The notes under the pieces: generated by a model
Seen by the model: the letters and a program-made list of their open reading frames with translations, nothing else
Told to the model about the DNA's origin: nothing
Databases searched by the model: none
Program-made: the position numbers and the translations under genes
Origin: an uncultured virus (IMG/VR IMGVR_UViG_3300025391_000491)
Taxonomy: Duplodnaviria; Heunggongvirae; Uroviricota; Caudoviricetes
Direction: 5' to 3' (one strand)
DNA: 61,771 bases
IMG/VR virus record: IMGVR_UViG_3300025391_000491
Shown: one piece after another, positions 38,014 to 46,956 of the stretch
Numbering within the stretch: position 1 is the first letter of the stretch
Layout: every line of letters begins with the position of its first letter

Positions 38014-38520
38014 ATGATACTATATCACAAAATCCAAGTTGTTTGGGACGACGAATTCAAGACTCTTGATTATGTGCAAGAACGATTCAATGATCCTGAT
38101 AAAATAGCGGAATGGAAACAGCTAGGCTATCAAAATGTAGCCACCGGTTTCATGTGCGATATGCGCAGTCCACAACCCAGCTGGAACGATCAGATCGTGC
38201 AACAGTTTGTTGACCGTGGTTGGAACGATGTGGGAACCAGTTATTATCGCATGGGGTCAGGAGTCATCTTGCCCACACACCGCGATCTCTACAAAAAATA
38301 TATCGAACTGTTTGATCTGCAAGGACAGGAATCACGCATCAGACGTGCGTTGATTTTTTTAGAGGACTGGCAACCCGGGCACTATGCCGAGTACGAGGAT
38401 CATCCATTTGTGAGCTGGCATGCTGGGGACGTGGTTGAATGGGTTTACGATGCTCCGCACATGGCAGCCAATCTGGGTCTGACTCCCAGGTATACTCTGC
38501 AGATCACAGGTTGGGTATGA
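38014..38520 (+). CDS. 2OG-Fe(II)/cupin-type oxygenase
   Basis: PTHRD (HxD), distal PHMAAN and R.TLQITG. Confidence 0.65.
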   Translation: MILYHKIQVVWDDEFKTLDYVQERFNDPDKIAEWKQLGYQNVATGFMCDMRSPQPSWNDQIVQQFVDRGWNDVGTSYYRMGSGVILPTHRDLYKKYIELFDLQGQESRIRRALIFLEDWQPGHYAEYEDHPFVSWHAGDVVEWVYDAPHMAANLGLTPRYTLQITGWV

Positions 38521-39431
38521 TCAATTCTGTCAACGAATGGAGCACACTGAAGCAGGTTGTGGTAGGATCGGCCACTCATGCCAATTGGCCCACAAACGAT
38601 CCGGTATTTGCCCAGGAGTCTCGCAAGACCACTTGGCATACTTCACCGGTACCGTCCGGTCCGGTAGCACAACGAATCATAGACGAAGCCAATGAAGATC
38701 TTGACTGTTTGGCAACTACCTTGACCACATTGGGTGTGGAAGTCTTGAGACCACAGACGTTTGACTTCCAACAAGCAGGGGGCATGTACAACTATTGCCC
38801 TAGAGATCGACTTTTGATCTATGGTGACATCGTGATTGACTGTGCCATGATGTACCCGGGTAGAGATATGGAAATACAACAACTGGATTGTGTGATCGAA
38901 CAGGCTGGTCGAGTGATACACATGCCGAGAGACCAAGGCTTGGTCTTGGATGCAGCCAATGTGTTGCGTCTAGGCGACAGCATGCTGTTTTTGGAATCAG
39001 CATCGGGCAATCGCAAGGCCTATGAATGGTTGTGTTTGCAGTTTCCTGAGGTATCAATTGAACTGTGCAACTTTTATTCGGGTGTGCATATTGACAGCAC
39101 CATAGTGCCGTTGCGTGAAGGCCTGGTACTGTTGAATGGTAGTCGAGTGACCTGGGATAACTGTCCCAGAGTGTTCCAAAACTGGCACAAGATTTATGTA
39201 CACGATGTGATAGCGCAAGATTTTTATCAGTATCCGTATGCATCCAAATGGATAGCCATGAACATGTTGGTGGTTGACCCACACACAGTCATAGTGGATC
39301 GTCATCAGACTGATCTGATCAAGAGTTTGGAAAATTGGCATTTTACAGTGATACCACTGGAACTGAGACACAGTCGCACTTTGGGAGGTGGATTCCATTG
39401 TGTGACCCTGGACACTAGGAGACAAACATGA
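38517..39431 (+). CDS. amidinotransferase (glycine/inosamine-phosphate type)
   Basis: NEWSTLKQVVVG, CPRD, DAAN, HIDS, GGGFHCVTLD give a Cys-His-Asp triad. Confidence 0.88.
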   Translation: MINSVNEWSTLKQVVVGSATHANWPTNDPVFAQESRKTTWHTSPVPSGPVAQRIIDEANEDLDCLATTLTTLGVEVLRPQTFDFQQAGGMYNYCPRDRLLIYGDIVIDCAMMYPGRDMEIQQLDCVIEQAGRVIHMPRDQGLVLDAANVLRLGDSMLFLESASGNRKAYEWLCLQFPEVSIELCNFYSGVHIDSTIVPLREGLVLLNGSRVTWDNCPRVFQNWHKIYVHDVIAQDFYQYPYASKWIAMNMLVVDPHTVIVDRHQTDLIKSLENWHFTVIPLELRHSRTLGGGFHCVTLDTRRQT

Positions 39432-39985
39432 ATATCAGCTGGGTATTGGCCGACGCGGCCACTATAGATCCCACACAGGAATTGGAAATTCTCAAACACA
39501 TTGGACCATTCTGGGGCAGCTGGCGCACCTGGCGTGCCTATCTGACCGACAACGTGATCTGTCATGATCTGGCCCGTGCTGACGAATTGCTCCGGCGCGA
39601 ATTCCAACGCAGTTGTAATCTTTACATACCCGAATCGATCTATACCGGTCTAGCTCGACCTGATGGTGTACAAGTCTACCAAGGTGATTTTGTTCACGAC
39701 GTGATCCGTAAAGAAGAAATAGTGGCCATGCACCTGTCGGCCTCGACCAGCGACATCGTGCTGTTGATCGGATTTGACTGGAGCACGCACGAAAAAAATT
39801 CCAATAGACTGACAGAACACCAAGCTCAACACTACCTGGGGTTAACTGCCCAGGTCATACGTGATAACCCTGGCACACAATGGGTCTTGATTGATCATGT
39901 TGCCGAACTGCACCCAAATTTCTCCAAATTGGAGAATCTGACCCAGGACACTATGGCCGGTGTGCTTGGGCTACTAGCTGGTTGA
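39428..39985 (+). CDS. hypothetical protein
   Basis: Coupled ORF with IVLLIGFD motif. Confidence 0.55.
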   Translation: MNISWVLADAATIDPTQELEILKHIGPFWGSWRTWRAYLTDNVICHDLARADELLRREFQRSCNLYIPESIYTGLARPDGVQVYQGDFVHDVIRKEEIVAMHLSASTSDIVLLIGFDWSTHEKNSNRLTEHQAQHYLGLTAQVIRDNPGTQWVLIDHVAELHPNFSKLENLTQDTMAGVLGLLAG

Positions 39986-40018
39986 CTCAATAAACAATCT
40001 CAGCATATAATATATGCT

Positions 40019-41038
40019 ATGGATACTCTAAAACGAATTGGTTTCTGTTGCAAATGGCTCAACGATCCCAGCGAATGCGGCGGCATGAAAGTGAACGCCG
40101 TGGATAGGGAATTGAATGGTCGTAGTACAACCATGCGTTGGTTGCGTGAACATCCCGAGGAAGCCGAACAGCGCCAGTGGGACATCATGAATCACAACAC
40201 CACGGCCGCTGTGAAAATGATTGAACGTGTGGCCACCTTGCCTGCCGAACGCAGAATGGTTAGACTGGGGTCGGAGATGCTACAGGGCTATACCGAGAAA
40301 GACTGGAAAGCGTGGTGGCAACAGATCGATGTGCAAAATCACCTTGAGAGAATATTTGCTTCCATCGGTGAAACGGCCAGACGACTGGACGTGCGACTCA
40401 GTTTCCATCCCGGACAGTTCTGTTGTATAGTCAGCAATAATCCTGGTATTGTGGAAAGATCATTAGAAGAATTAGAATATCATGCTGACATGGCTCGCTG
40501 GATGGGCTACGGTAAATCCAAGTTGGATTTCAAGATCAATGTGCATCTGAGCGGCAAATTAGGTGTTGCTGGATTTGATACAGCTTGGCAAAAAATGAGC
40601 CCGGAACTACGAAATTGTCTTACATTAGAAAATGACGAATATCAAGCCGGTCTTGATGTCCTGTTACCATTAGGCAAGCGTGTTGGCATAGTGCTAGACA
40701 TACATCATCATTTTATCAATACCGGGGAATACATTAACTCGCAAGATCATCGTATTTCTCAAGTAATTGACAGTTGGCAAGGCGTTAGACCAGCAATACA
40801 TTACAGTCAATCAAGAGAAGAACACATTGCCGAATTTATTGATATCATGCCGTCGCTGGAACAACTGTTAACAATCACCAACAAAGCCAAATTGAGATCC
40901 CACAGTGATTTTTACAACAATAAACAACTCAATGCATGGGCGTTGACACATCTAGAGTGGGCAGATATACAAACAGAAAGCAAGGGAAAAAATCTGGCTG
41001 CCGGGCAGCTGTTTAATCAGTGGCAGGAATCCATCTAA
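40019..41038 (+). CDS. uvsE: UV damage endonuclease UvsE
   Basis: RIGFCC, RLSFHPGQF, LTLENDE, VLDIHHH, IHYSQ, HSD, ESKGK. Confidence 0.9.
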   Translation: MDTLKRIGFCCKWLNDPSECGGMKVNAVDRELNGRSTTMRWLREHPEEAEQRQWDIMNHNTTAAVKMIERVATLPAERRMVRLGSEMLQGYTEKDWKAWWQQIDVQNHLERIFASIGETARRLDVRLSFHPGQFCCIVSNNPGIVERSLEELEYHADMARWMGYGKSKLDFKINVHLSGKLGVAGFDTAWQKMSPELRNCLTLENDEYQAGLDVLLPLGKRVGIVLDIHHHFINTGEYINSQDHRISQVIDSWQGVRPAIHYSQSREEHIAEFIDIMPSLEQLLTITNKAKLRSHSDFYNNKQLNAWALTHLEWADIQTESKGKNLAAGQLFNQWQESI

Positions 41039-41702
41039 ATCTTTTTTTTCCGGTCTCGTCGGTATAAGATTTTCTTTTGAGTCCTGCATATTTTATTTTC
41101 TTAGTTTCGCAACCGGCAAGTGTTCTGGCTGATCGTTGTGCCGGGGTCATTTTTGCATTTCGTTGAGTCGCTGATTTTTTATAAGACTCTATTGCTGCTA
41201 AACTGCGTTTTTCGCCTTTGCGAGATTTGAGAGCATTTATTTGATTTTCTCTCAATTTGGGATCCTGCCATCGTGCTTGCATTGATTTTGAAATGGATTC
41301 CGCGCCAGCCCTTGTTTTATTATTCTTTCCTCTATTAGCATCACCACATTTTTTCTTGTTAGCGTCAGTATGAGTCTTGCCGTGGAATCCATTTTGTTCA
41401 CCAAATAATATTGGAGGATTAGCGTTTTTGCAAATGTTGGTTAAATTTTCAATACCAATATCTTCTATCAACTGTTCTTCAAATTGTATAGATTGTTGTT
41501 TGGTTAAGTTGGTTTCGACCAATTCGACTCCGACTTCAAGACCCATTGATTGTATTTTTCTAATAACTCGATCTTTGTGCGGATTATTACACCCACTGGT
41601 AAATTTCAAGTGCGACCAAGCCCGTTGTTCTTTGCCTTCGCCCACATAAAACGTCTTTCCGTTTCTTGGATCAATCAGTCGATATACATAATAATTGTTC
41701 AT
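41013..41702 (-). CDS. GIY-YIG homing endonuclease with NUMOD3
   Basis: YYVYRLIDP..FYVGEG..R, LTN, FHGKTHT. AT-rich. Confidence 0.8.
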   Translation of the reverse strand: MNNYYVYRLIDPRNGKTFYVGEGKEQRAWSHLKFTSGCNNPHKDRVIRKIQSMGLEVGVELVETNLTKQQSIQFEEQLIEDIGIENLTNICKNANPPILFGEQNGFHGKTHTDANKKKCGDANRGKNNKTRAGAESISKSMQARWQDPKLRENQINALKSRKGEKRSLAAIESYKKSATQRNAKMTPAQRSARTLAGCETKKIKYAGLKRKSYTDETGKKRFRWIPATD

Positions 41703-41764
41703 AATAGTATTTAGTGTATTGGCGTCAGACTTGATATTTAGTATATTTTATGCTACAATAAACA

Positions 41765-41995
41765 ATGGATCAATTTCAAGCATGGCCACCACCTAACAAT
41801 TGGACCCAGGTAGTGATACCATGGAGTACCATGTTGGCCCATGCGAACCACAGCCCGCATGAGATTATTGAATGGGTTGAATGTCAACCTGGTGGGCAGT
41901 ATCATCTGCACGGTTATCGGTCTGTGGAAGGATTTGCTTTTAGATTTGAAAATCCCCAAGATGCTGTATTTTTTAAATTACGATGGGAAATATGA
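41765..41995 (+). CDS. hypothetical protein
   Basis: Ends FRFENPQDAVFFKLRW. Extended -10 upstream. Confidence 0.65.
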   Translation: MDQFQAWPPPNNWTQVVIPWSTMLAHANHSPHEIIEWVECQPGGQYHLHGYRSVEGFAFRFENPQDAVFFKLRWEI

Positions 41996-42282
41996 AACAG
42001 ACTATGTTGGGTATGATTGCGTATGTACGCAACGATTATCAAGCCAATCGAACTAGATTTTTTGCCGAGCTGTTTGCCTGGTTATGTAGCGTGACCTCGG
42101 CAGTGACCTTTGCGGCCACTGTGCCTGATATTCCTTTGATACCACTGTACATGGTGTTTATCAGCGGCTGTGTTGCAGCCGCTTGGGCCTGCTGGACTCG
42201 TAGGAGTTTTGGACTGCTGTCTAACTATGTGTTCATGATCGTGATTGACTGTGTAGGTCTCACACGCCTACTGCTTCACTGA
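41992..42282 (+). CDS. small membrane protein
   Basis: Three hydrophobic segments. Confidence 0.65.
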   Translation: MKQTMLGMIAYVRNDYQANRTRFFAELFAWLCSVTSAVTFAATVPDIPLIPLYMVFISGCVAAAWACWTRRSFGLLSNYVFMIVIDCVGLTRLLLH

Positions 42283-42590
42283 GATTTTTTGGCTCTGGGC
42301 TTGCGCGGTTTGCGTTTGGCAGTGGTCGCAGTATCGGTCGCAGCTGGTTTGGCCACTGGTTTTTTGACCGGTTTGCGTTTGACAGGCGCTGTGTCGGCTG
42401 GCTCAGGTGTTGTTTCGGGCTTGGCAATAATACCACCAAAGGTTAAATTGCCCTTTGCAGGCGTTGTGTCGGCTGGCTCAGGTGTTGGTTCAACATCGGC
42501 TGGCTGACTCTTGGGTGTAGGCCATGGCCAATGTCCAGCAGGATCCACTTTTGGTTTGATACCGAACAACTTCTTTAAAAATGATTGCAT
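42276..42590 (-). CDS. Lys/Pro/Ala-rich protein
   Basis: AGGAG RBS and TAAATA. Internal TPEPADT repeat and basic tail. Confidence 0.6.
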   Translation of the reverse strand: MQSFLKKLFGIKPKVDPAGHWPWPTPKSQPADVEPTPEPADTTPAKGNLTFGGIIAKPETTPEPADTAPVKRKPVKKPVAKPAATDTATTAKRKPRKPRAKKSQ

Positions 42591-42731
42591 ACTGATCTCC
42601 TTGTGTCTGATATTTAGTTCAATTTTGCCGAACCTCGAAAACTTATATTATATTTGTTGTGTTGCGTGGTAAATATCAGTACAATTACTATTAGTGAAAA
42701 CCACTATAGTCCAACTCAAGGAAAACACACA

Positions 42732-42896
42732 ATGTTAAAACTTATCAAATCACTTGCCCGCTTGTTGACCACAACCGGTTCTATCAGTACCGGACTGGAT
42801 GACTACATCAACAGCAAACGACCAACCAGTGTGGCCGAAATTGAAAATCTTACTAGACAATATCTAGCAAGAGGCGTTTGCGGTCGAATCATATGA
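42732..42896 (+). CDS. small hypothetical protein (DUF3563-like)
   Basis: AAGGA RBS. LDDYINSKRPTSVAEIE. Confidence 0.5.
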   Translation: MLKLIKSLARLLTTTGSISTGLDDYINSKRPTSVAEIENLTRQYLARGVCGRII

Positions 42897-43420
42897 TAAC
42901 TACCCGATTTCTGCCATCGGCAAATTTTGATCAATACGGTGAATGGATCAAACGGCAGGATCAGGAAACACGCAATTTGTATTTTGGTATGGCCACGTCT
43001 GACGCTGTGATCGACAGCCTCATGGACCGTGTACACAACAATTTGCATGACCACCGGATTCTGGTAGCTCAGGACGGAAATCAATGGGTGGGAACATTGC
43101 ACATGGCCATGTCCGGACGTACCGTAGAATTTGGTCTCATAGTACGATCTGATTGTAGGGGCCAAGGCATTGCATCCGTCATGCTGGAACAGGCCTTGAC
43201 CTGGGTCAAGAATCGCGGCTATCAAGAGCTGTTCATGCATTGCCTGGGGCACAACCGTCCGATACAGCATCTGTGTGCCAAGCACGGATTACCGGCACGC
43301 AACATGCACGGTGACAGCCAAGTACATCTAAGATTGAGTCCGCCCACTTGGTTGACCATGATCAGCGAAATAAACACCAACTATAAGAATATCTGGTACA
43401 GCTGGTTGCAAAAAAGCTGA
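42893..43420 (+). CDS. GNAT acetyltransferase
   Basis: VEFGLIV..RGQGIAS..N.PI..L. Confidence 0.85.
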   Translation: MITTRFLPSANFDQYGEWIKRQDQETRNLYFGMATSDAVIDSLMDRVHNNLHDHRILVAQDGNQWVGTLHMAMSGRTVEFGLIVRSDCRGQGIASVMLEQALTWVKNRGYQELFMHCLGHNRPIQHLCAKHGLPARNMHGDSQVHLRLSPPTWLTMISEINTNYKNIWYSWLQKS

Positions 43421-43454
43421 ATAATATTTCAAGAGATATCAGACTAAGTACTAG

Positions 43455-44159
43455 ATGAACACAATCATCGCTACCCTGGTCATGACACACATAACCATAA
43501 TATGTGTGACACTATACTTACACCGCAGCCAAGCACATCGCGGAGTCGAATTCCATCCTGTGGTGGCACATGCCATGCGTGCATGGTTATGGTTGACCAC
43601 GGGCATGATCACACGACAATGGGTGGCCATACACAGAAAACATCACAGATTCAGTGACCAACCAGGAGATCCGCACAGCCCGCATGTGCATGGTATCTGG
43701 AACATTGTGACACGTGGAGTCTGGTACTATGTGACCGAAGGACGTAACACTCAAACCATGATGGCCTATGGTCGCGGTACTCCAACTGATTGGATCGAAC
43801 GGCACCTGTACACCAGATACAACTGGTTGGGCGTGGCTGTGATGGCAACCATTGATATGGCCGTGTTTGGTTGGACAGGAATGCTGGTTTGGGCGGTGCA
43901 AATAGCCTGGATTCCATTCTGGGCCGCAGGTGTGGTCAACGGCATTGGACACTGGGTTGGCTATAGAAATGGCCAAACACGTGACCAAAGCAGAAATGTT
44001 GTGCCCATCGACCTTGTTGTTGGTGGTGAGCTATTGCACAACAACCACCATCTTGATCCTGCCAATCCACGCTTGAGTCGACGCTGGTGGGAATTTGATA
44101 TTGGTTGGATGTATATACAGATACTGCGTGGACTGGGACTGGCCACACTGCGAACATGA
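43455..44159 (+). CDS. membrane fatty acid (delta-9 type) desaturase
   Basis: His boxes HRSQAH, HRKHH, HNNHH, plus DPHSP and WWEFD. Confidence 0.92.
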   Translation: MNTIIATLVMTHITIICVTLYLHRSQAHRGVEFHPVVAHAMRAWLWLTTGMITRQWVAIHRKHHRFSDQPGDPHSPHVHGIWNIVTRGVWYYVTEGRNTQTMMAYGRGTPTDWIERHLYTRYNWLGVAVMATIDMAVFGWTGMLVWAVQIAWIPFWAAGVVNGIGHWVGYRNGQTRDQSRNVVPIDLVVGGELLHNNHHLDPANPRLSRRWWEFDIGWMYIQILRGLGLATLRT

Positions 44160-44182
44160 ATTTAACCGGATCCGTAGGAAAA

Positions 44183-44227
44183 TGTTGCAGTACAGCATAT
44201 AATACATAAATATGTTGCAGCACAACA
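44183..44227. promoter_or_regulatory. paired palindromic operators (PhaR-like) flanking a promoter
   Basis: TGTTGCAGTACAGCA and TGTTGCAGCACAACA, 30 bp apart, around TATAAT and TAAATA. Confidence 0.55.
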
Positions 44228-44252
44228 AAACATTTAACCCAAGGAGAAAACA

Positions 44253-44543
44253 ATGTTCGATGTAGAAAAGTTCATAGATGCAGTACAAGATGGAAAAAAA
44301 CAAATCACCGAAACTGCTCTCAAGCAGACCGGTTTGGTAGACCCAATCAACCAGATCATCGATGCCCAAACCACATACACCAAAACCATGGTCAACGGCA
44401 TGTCCAAAATGGTCAAAAATCTAGCTGAGAGTGCCAGCCAGACATCAAGTTCCATGCAGGCTGGCTTGACCGATATCAACGATCAATGGTCCAAATTTAT
44501 CAATTCAATTGGTTGGACCACTGGCTCTGCCAAAAACAAGTAA
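44253..44543 (+). CDS. phasin-like amphipathic helical protein
   Basis: 96-aa helical Ala/Gln/Thr-rich protein with strong RBS and operator context. Confidence 0.45.
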   Translation: MFDVEKFIDAVQDGKKQITETALKQTGLVDPINQIIDAQTTYTKTMVNGMSKMVKNLAESASQTSSSMQAGLTDINDQWSKFINSIGWTTGSAKNK

Positions 44544-44625
44544 TCCAACTCGATTGACCTTTTAATCCAGCTCGTGCATAATATGTGCATAAGCTGGATT
44601 TTTCATATCTAAACAAAGGACAATC

Positions 44626-45306
44626 ATGAAAAAACATATCTTGGCCCTGACCGCACTTGCGCTGTTGTCGGCCTGTAGTTCAACCAAATCCTCCAACACC
44701 ACAGCAGGCATCAATCCTGGCACCACAGCTACCACGGCCATCAGTGAACAGCGTGCCACCAGCGATTTCAAGCGCCAGGGCATCCGTGTGCATTATACCT
44801 TGACCGGCAATTTGGAGGCCATCGAAGCCACTGGTTATGCGCCAGTTTGGGGCAACAGCGAAAATGCCTTGCGCGAATCTTACCGTGTGGCTGAGCTGGA
44901 AGCCAAGAAACGCATGAACGACTTTATCCACAAGGAAACCATTACCAGTGCAGTATCGGTCAAAATGATCAGCCAGAATCTAGAACAGGCCAAGGATCAA
45001 AAAAGCAATCAATTCACGTCCAATCGAACAGGTTCGAACGAGCTGATTGCCACCGATGACATCGATGATGTGGCCAATAAATCAGCCACTGTGGCTGACA
45101 ACAACACAGCCGCACGTACAGATGCCTTGAAAATTTCCAGCACAGTCAATACCACTATCACCAATAACAATCAAGGTATCCTGGGCGGACTGTATCTCAA
45201 AGAAGGCGAAGTGATCAACAATGGTCGAGCTGTACAAGTGGTCATGCGCTGGGATGCCCGTCATCAAGACATCCGTTTGCAAGTTCGTGGCATGATGATG
45301 CAATAA
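44626..45306 (+). CDS. lipoprotein
   Basis: Lipobox LSAC. Confidence 0.75.
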   Translation: MKKHILALTALALLSACSSTKSSNTTAGINPGTTATTAISEQRATSDFKRQGIRVHYTLTGNLEAIEATGYAPVWGNSENALRESYRVAELEAKKRMNDFIHKETITSAVSVKMISQNLEQAKDQKSNQFTSNRTGSNELIATDDIDDVANKSATVADNNTAARTDALKISSTVNTTITNNNQGILGGLYLKEGEVINNGRAVQVVMRWDARHQDIRLQVRGMMMQ

Positions 45307-45307
45307 C

Positions 45308-46324
45308 ATGCGCAGATTGATACTGGCGTTGACTACCACAGCTATGATGTGCTCGGCGCAAGCACAATGGTCTGCCTTGGCTCCTACACCGTTTGGCATA
45401 GTCATGACTGTGGGGCAATGGATCTTGTTGGACAGCAAACGATTGTACTATATCGAAGTAGAAGGACAAGGTGTCGATGCCCAAGAAGCCAGGCTCAACG
45501 GATTTAGACTGGCCGTTGAGCAGGCGTTGGGCACAGTGATAGCCTCTGAGACCCAATCGGTCAACAGTCATATCCGGCGCGATGAAGTGATTTCGTATGC
45601 AGCCGGATTTGTGGATCATTACAAAATAATGGACACTGTGCCAGGCACTCCGGGATATCGTGTACGCATGCAGGTATGGATACAACGAACCAATCTGGCT
45701 GAACGCTTGTTGGCACAGGATCGGACAGCAGGACAGATCGACGGCAATCGGGCATCGGTGTCAATTGACACAGCCGAATATTCAAGATCGCAAGGCGACC
45801 GAGTCCTGGGCACAGTGTTGAACGACTTTCCGCGTCGCAGTTTTGATATCGAGCTCAAGACCACCCGTACCGAGATCACTCAATCGCGTGTGCCCGAATT
45901 GGTCATACCTTTTGAACTGCGATGGAACCGTCGCTATGTGGACAGCTATACCACGGCATTAAAAACAGTGAGCACTTGCGGTTGGAACGGATGTGAAACT
46001 GATCGGCTCACCCAGGATTTATTATATGAGCATTTGGTGCAGAGCCAGCCGCGGGTGCTAGTGACCATACAGAGCCAGACCGGCCACGTGGTGTACCAGG
46101 ACTGCCTGGATTACGTGGCCTTGACTCACAGCAACTCCAATCTTGCGCACTACTTTGTGGAACTGCCAACAACTGGTGTGTGGTTAAATCCTGGCATGCG
46201 ATTGCGCAGTGAAATAACTCTGCCAGTACAAGGACTGACTGTGAGTGATCTGGGACGAGTAGAGCTACAGGTAGTTAGATTGACAGAATGTTCAAAACCC
46301 ATGCTATATGGTCGTAATCAGTAG
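45308..46324 (+). CDS. secreted protein, probable partner of the lipoprotein
   Basis: Signal peptide. VEGQG..EARLNGFRLAVEQALG domain. Confidence 0.6.
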   Translation: MRRLILALTTTAMMCSAQAQWSALAPTPFGIVMTVGQWILLDSKRLYYIEVEGQGVDAQEARLNGFRLAVEQALGTVIASETQSVNSHIRRDEVISYAAGFVDHYKIMDTVPGTPGYRVRMQVWIQRTNLAERLLAQDRTAGQIDGNRASVSIDTAEYSRSQGDRVLGTVLNDFPRRSFDIELKTTRTEITQSRVPELVIPFELRWNRRYVDSYTTALKTVSTCGWNGCETDRLTQDLLYEHLVQSQPRVLVTIQSQTGHVVYQDCLDYVALTHSNSNLAHYFVELPTTGVWLNPGMRLRSEITLPVQGLTVSDLGRVELQVVRLTECSKPMLYGRNQ

Positions 46325-46379
46325 CAAATAGTTTAAAAATCCATTATAATATATGGATACACTACCATCAGGAGATCAC

Positions 46380-46955
46380 ATGCCCGCTTCAAACGAACTA
46401 GACAGCATCAAAGATGCTAGCCAACAGTTGCAAGATGTTGGCATGTACATATTCATGGGCGATGTTTCAGCTGAAACTGTCAAGCCCATAGCCGAATGGA
46501 TCTTGGTCGAAAATCATGCAGTCAAGAAAAAGAAAAAAGAACTGTTGCTCATGATATGCAGTCCAGGAGGCGAAATGGAACCAGCGTTTGCCCTGATCGA
46601 TATCATGCAGTCCAGCAAGATTCCAGTCAAGACAGTGGGTCTGGGTCAGATAGCCAGTTGTGGACTCATGATATTTCTGGCAGGTACTCGGGGTCGACGG
46701 GTGCTTACACCCAACACATCAATCTTGAGTCATCAGTATAGTTGGGGAACTGAAGGCAAACATCATGAACTGTTTTCCATGACCAAGGAATTTGACTTAT
46801 GCCAGACTCGCATGATTGAACTGTACAAAGCAACCACGGGACTGGATGACAGTGTGATACGGGAACGACTGTTGCCGGCCACAGATGTATGGCTCAGTGC
46901 CAACGAAGCACTGGCACTGGGTATCTGCGATTATGTGTCGGATCTGGGCAAGTAG
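46380..46955 (+). CDS. clpP: ClpP protease
   Basis: ICSPGG, IASCG (Ser), SHQ (His), DVWLSANEAL..G. Confidence 0.9.
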   Translation: MPASNELDSIKDASQQLQDVGMYIFMGDVSAETVKPIAEWILVENHAVKKKKKELLLMICSPGGEMEPAFALIDIMQSSKIPVKTVGLGQIASCGLMIFLAGTRGRRVLTPNTSILSHQYSWGTEGKHHELFSMTKEFDLCQTRMIELYKATTGLDDSVIRERLLPATDVWLSANEALALGICDYVSDLGK

Positions 46956-46956
46956 A

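Noticed and set aside
32207..46955. Bacterial chromosomal origin of the clp/rpsU/desaturase region
   Set aside because: These genes are interleaved with phage genes, share TAAATA elements, and lack bacterial operon context such as tig-clpP-clpX-lon.
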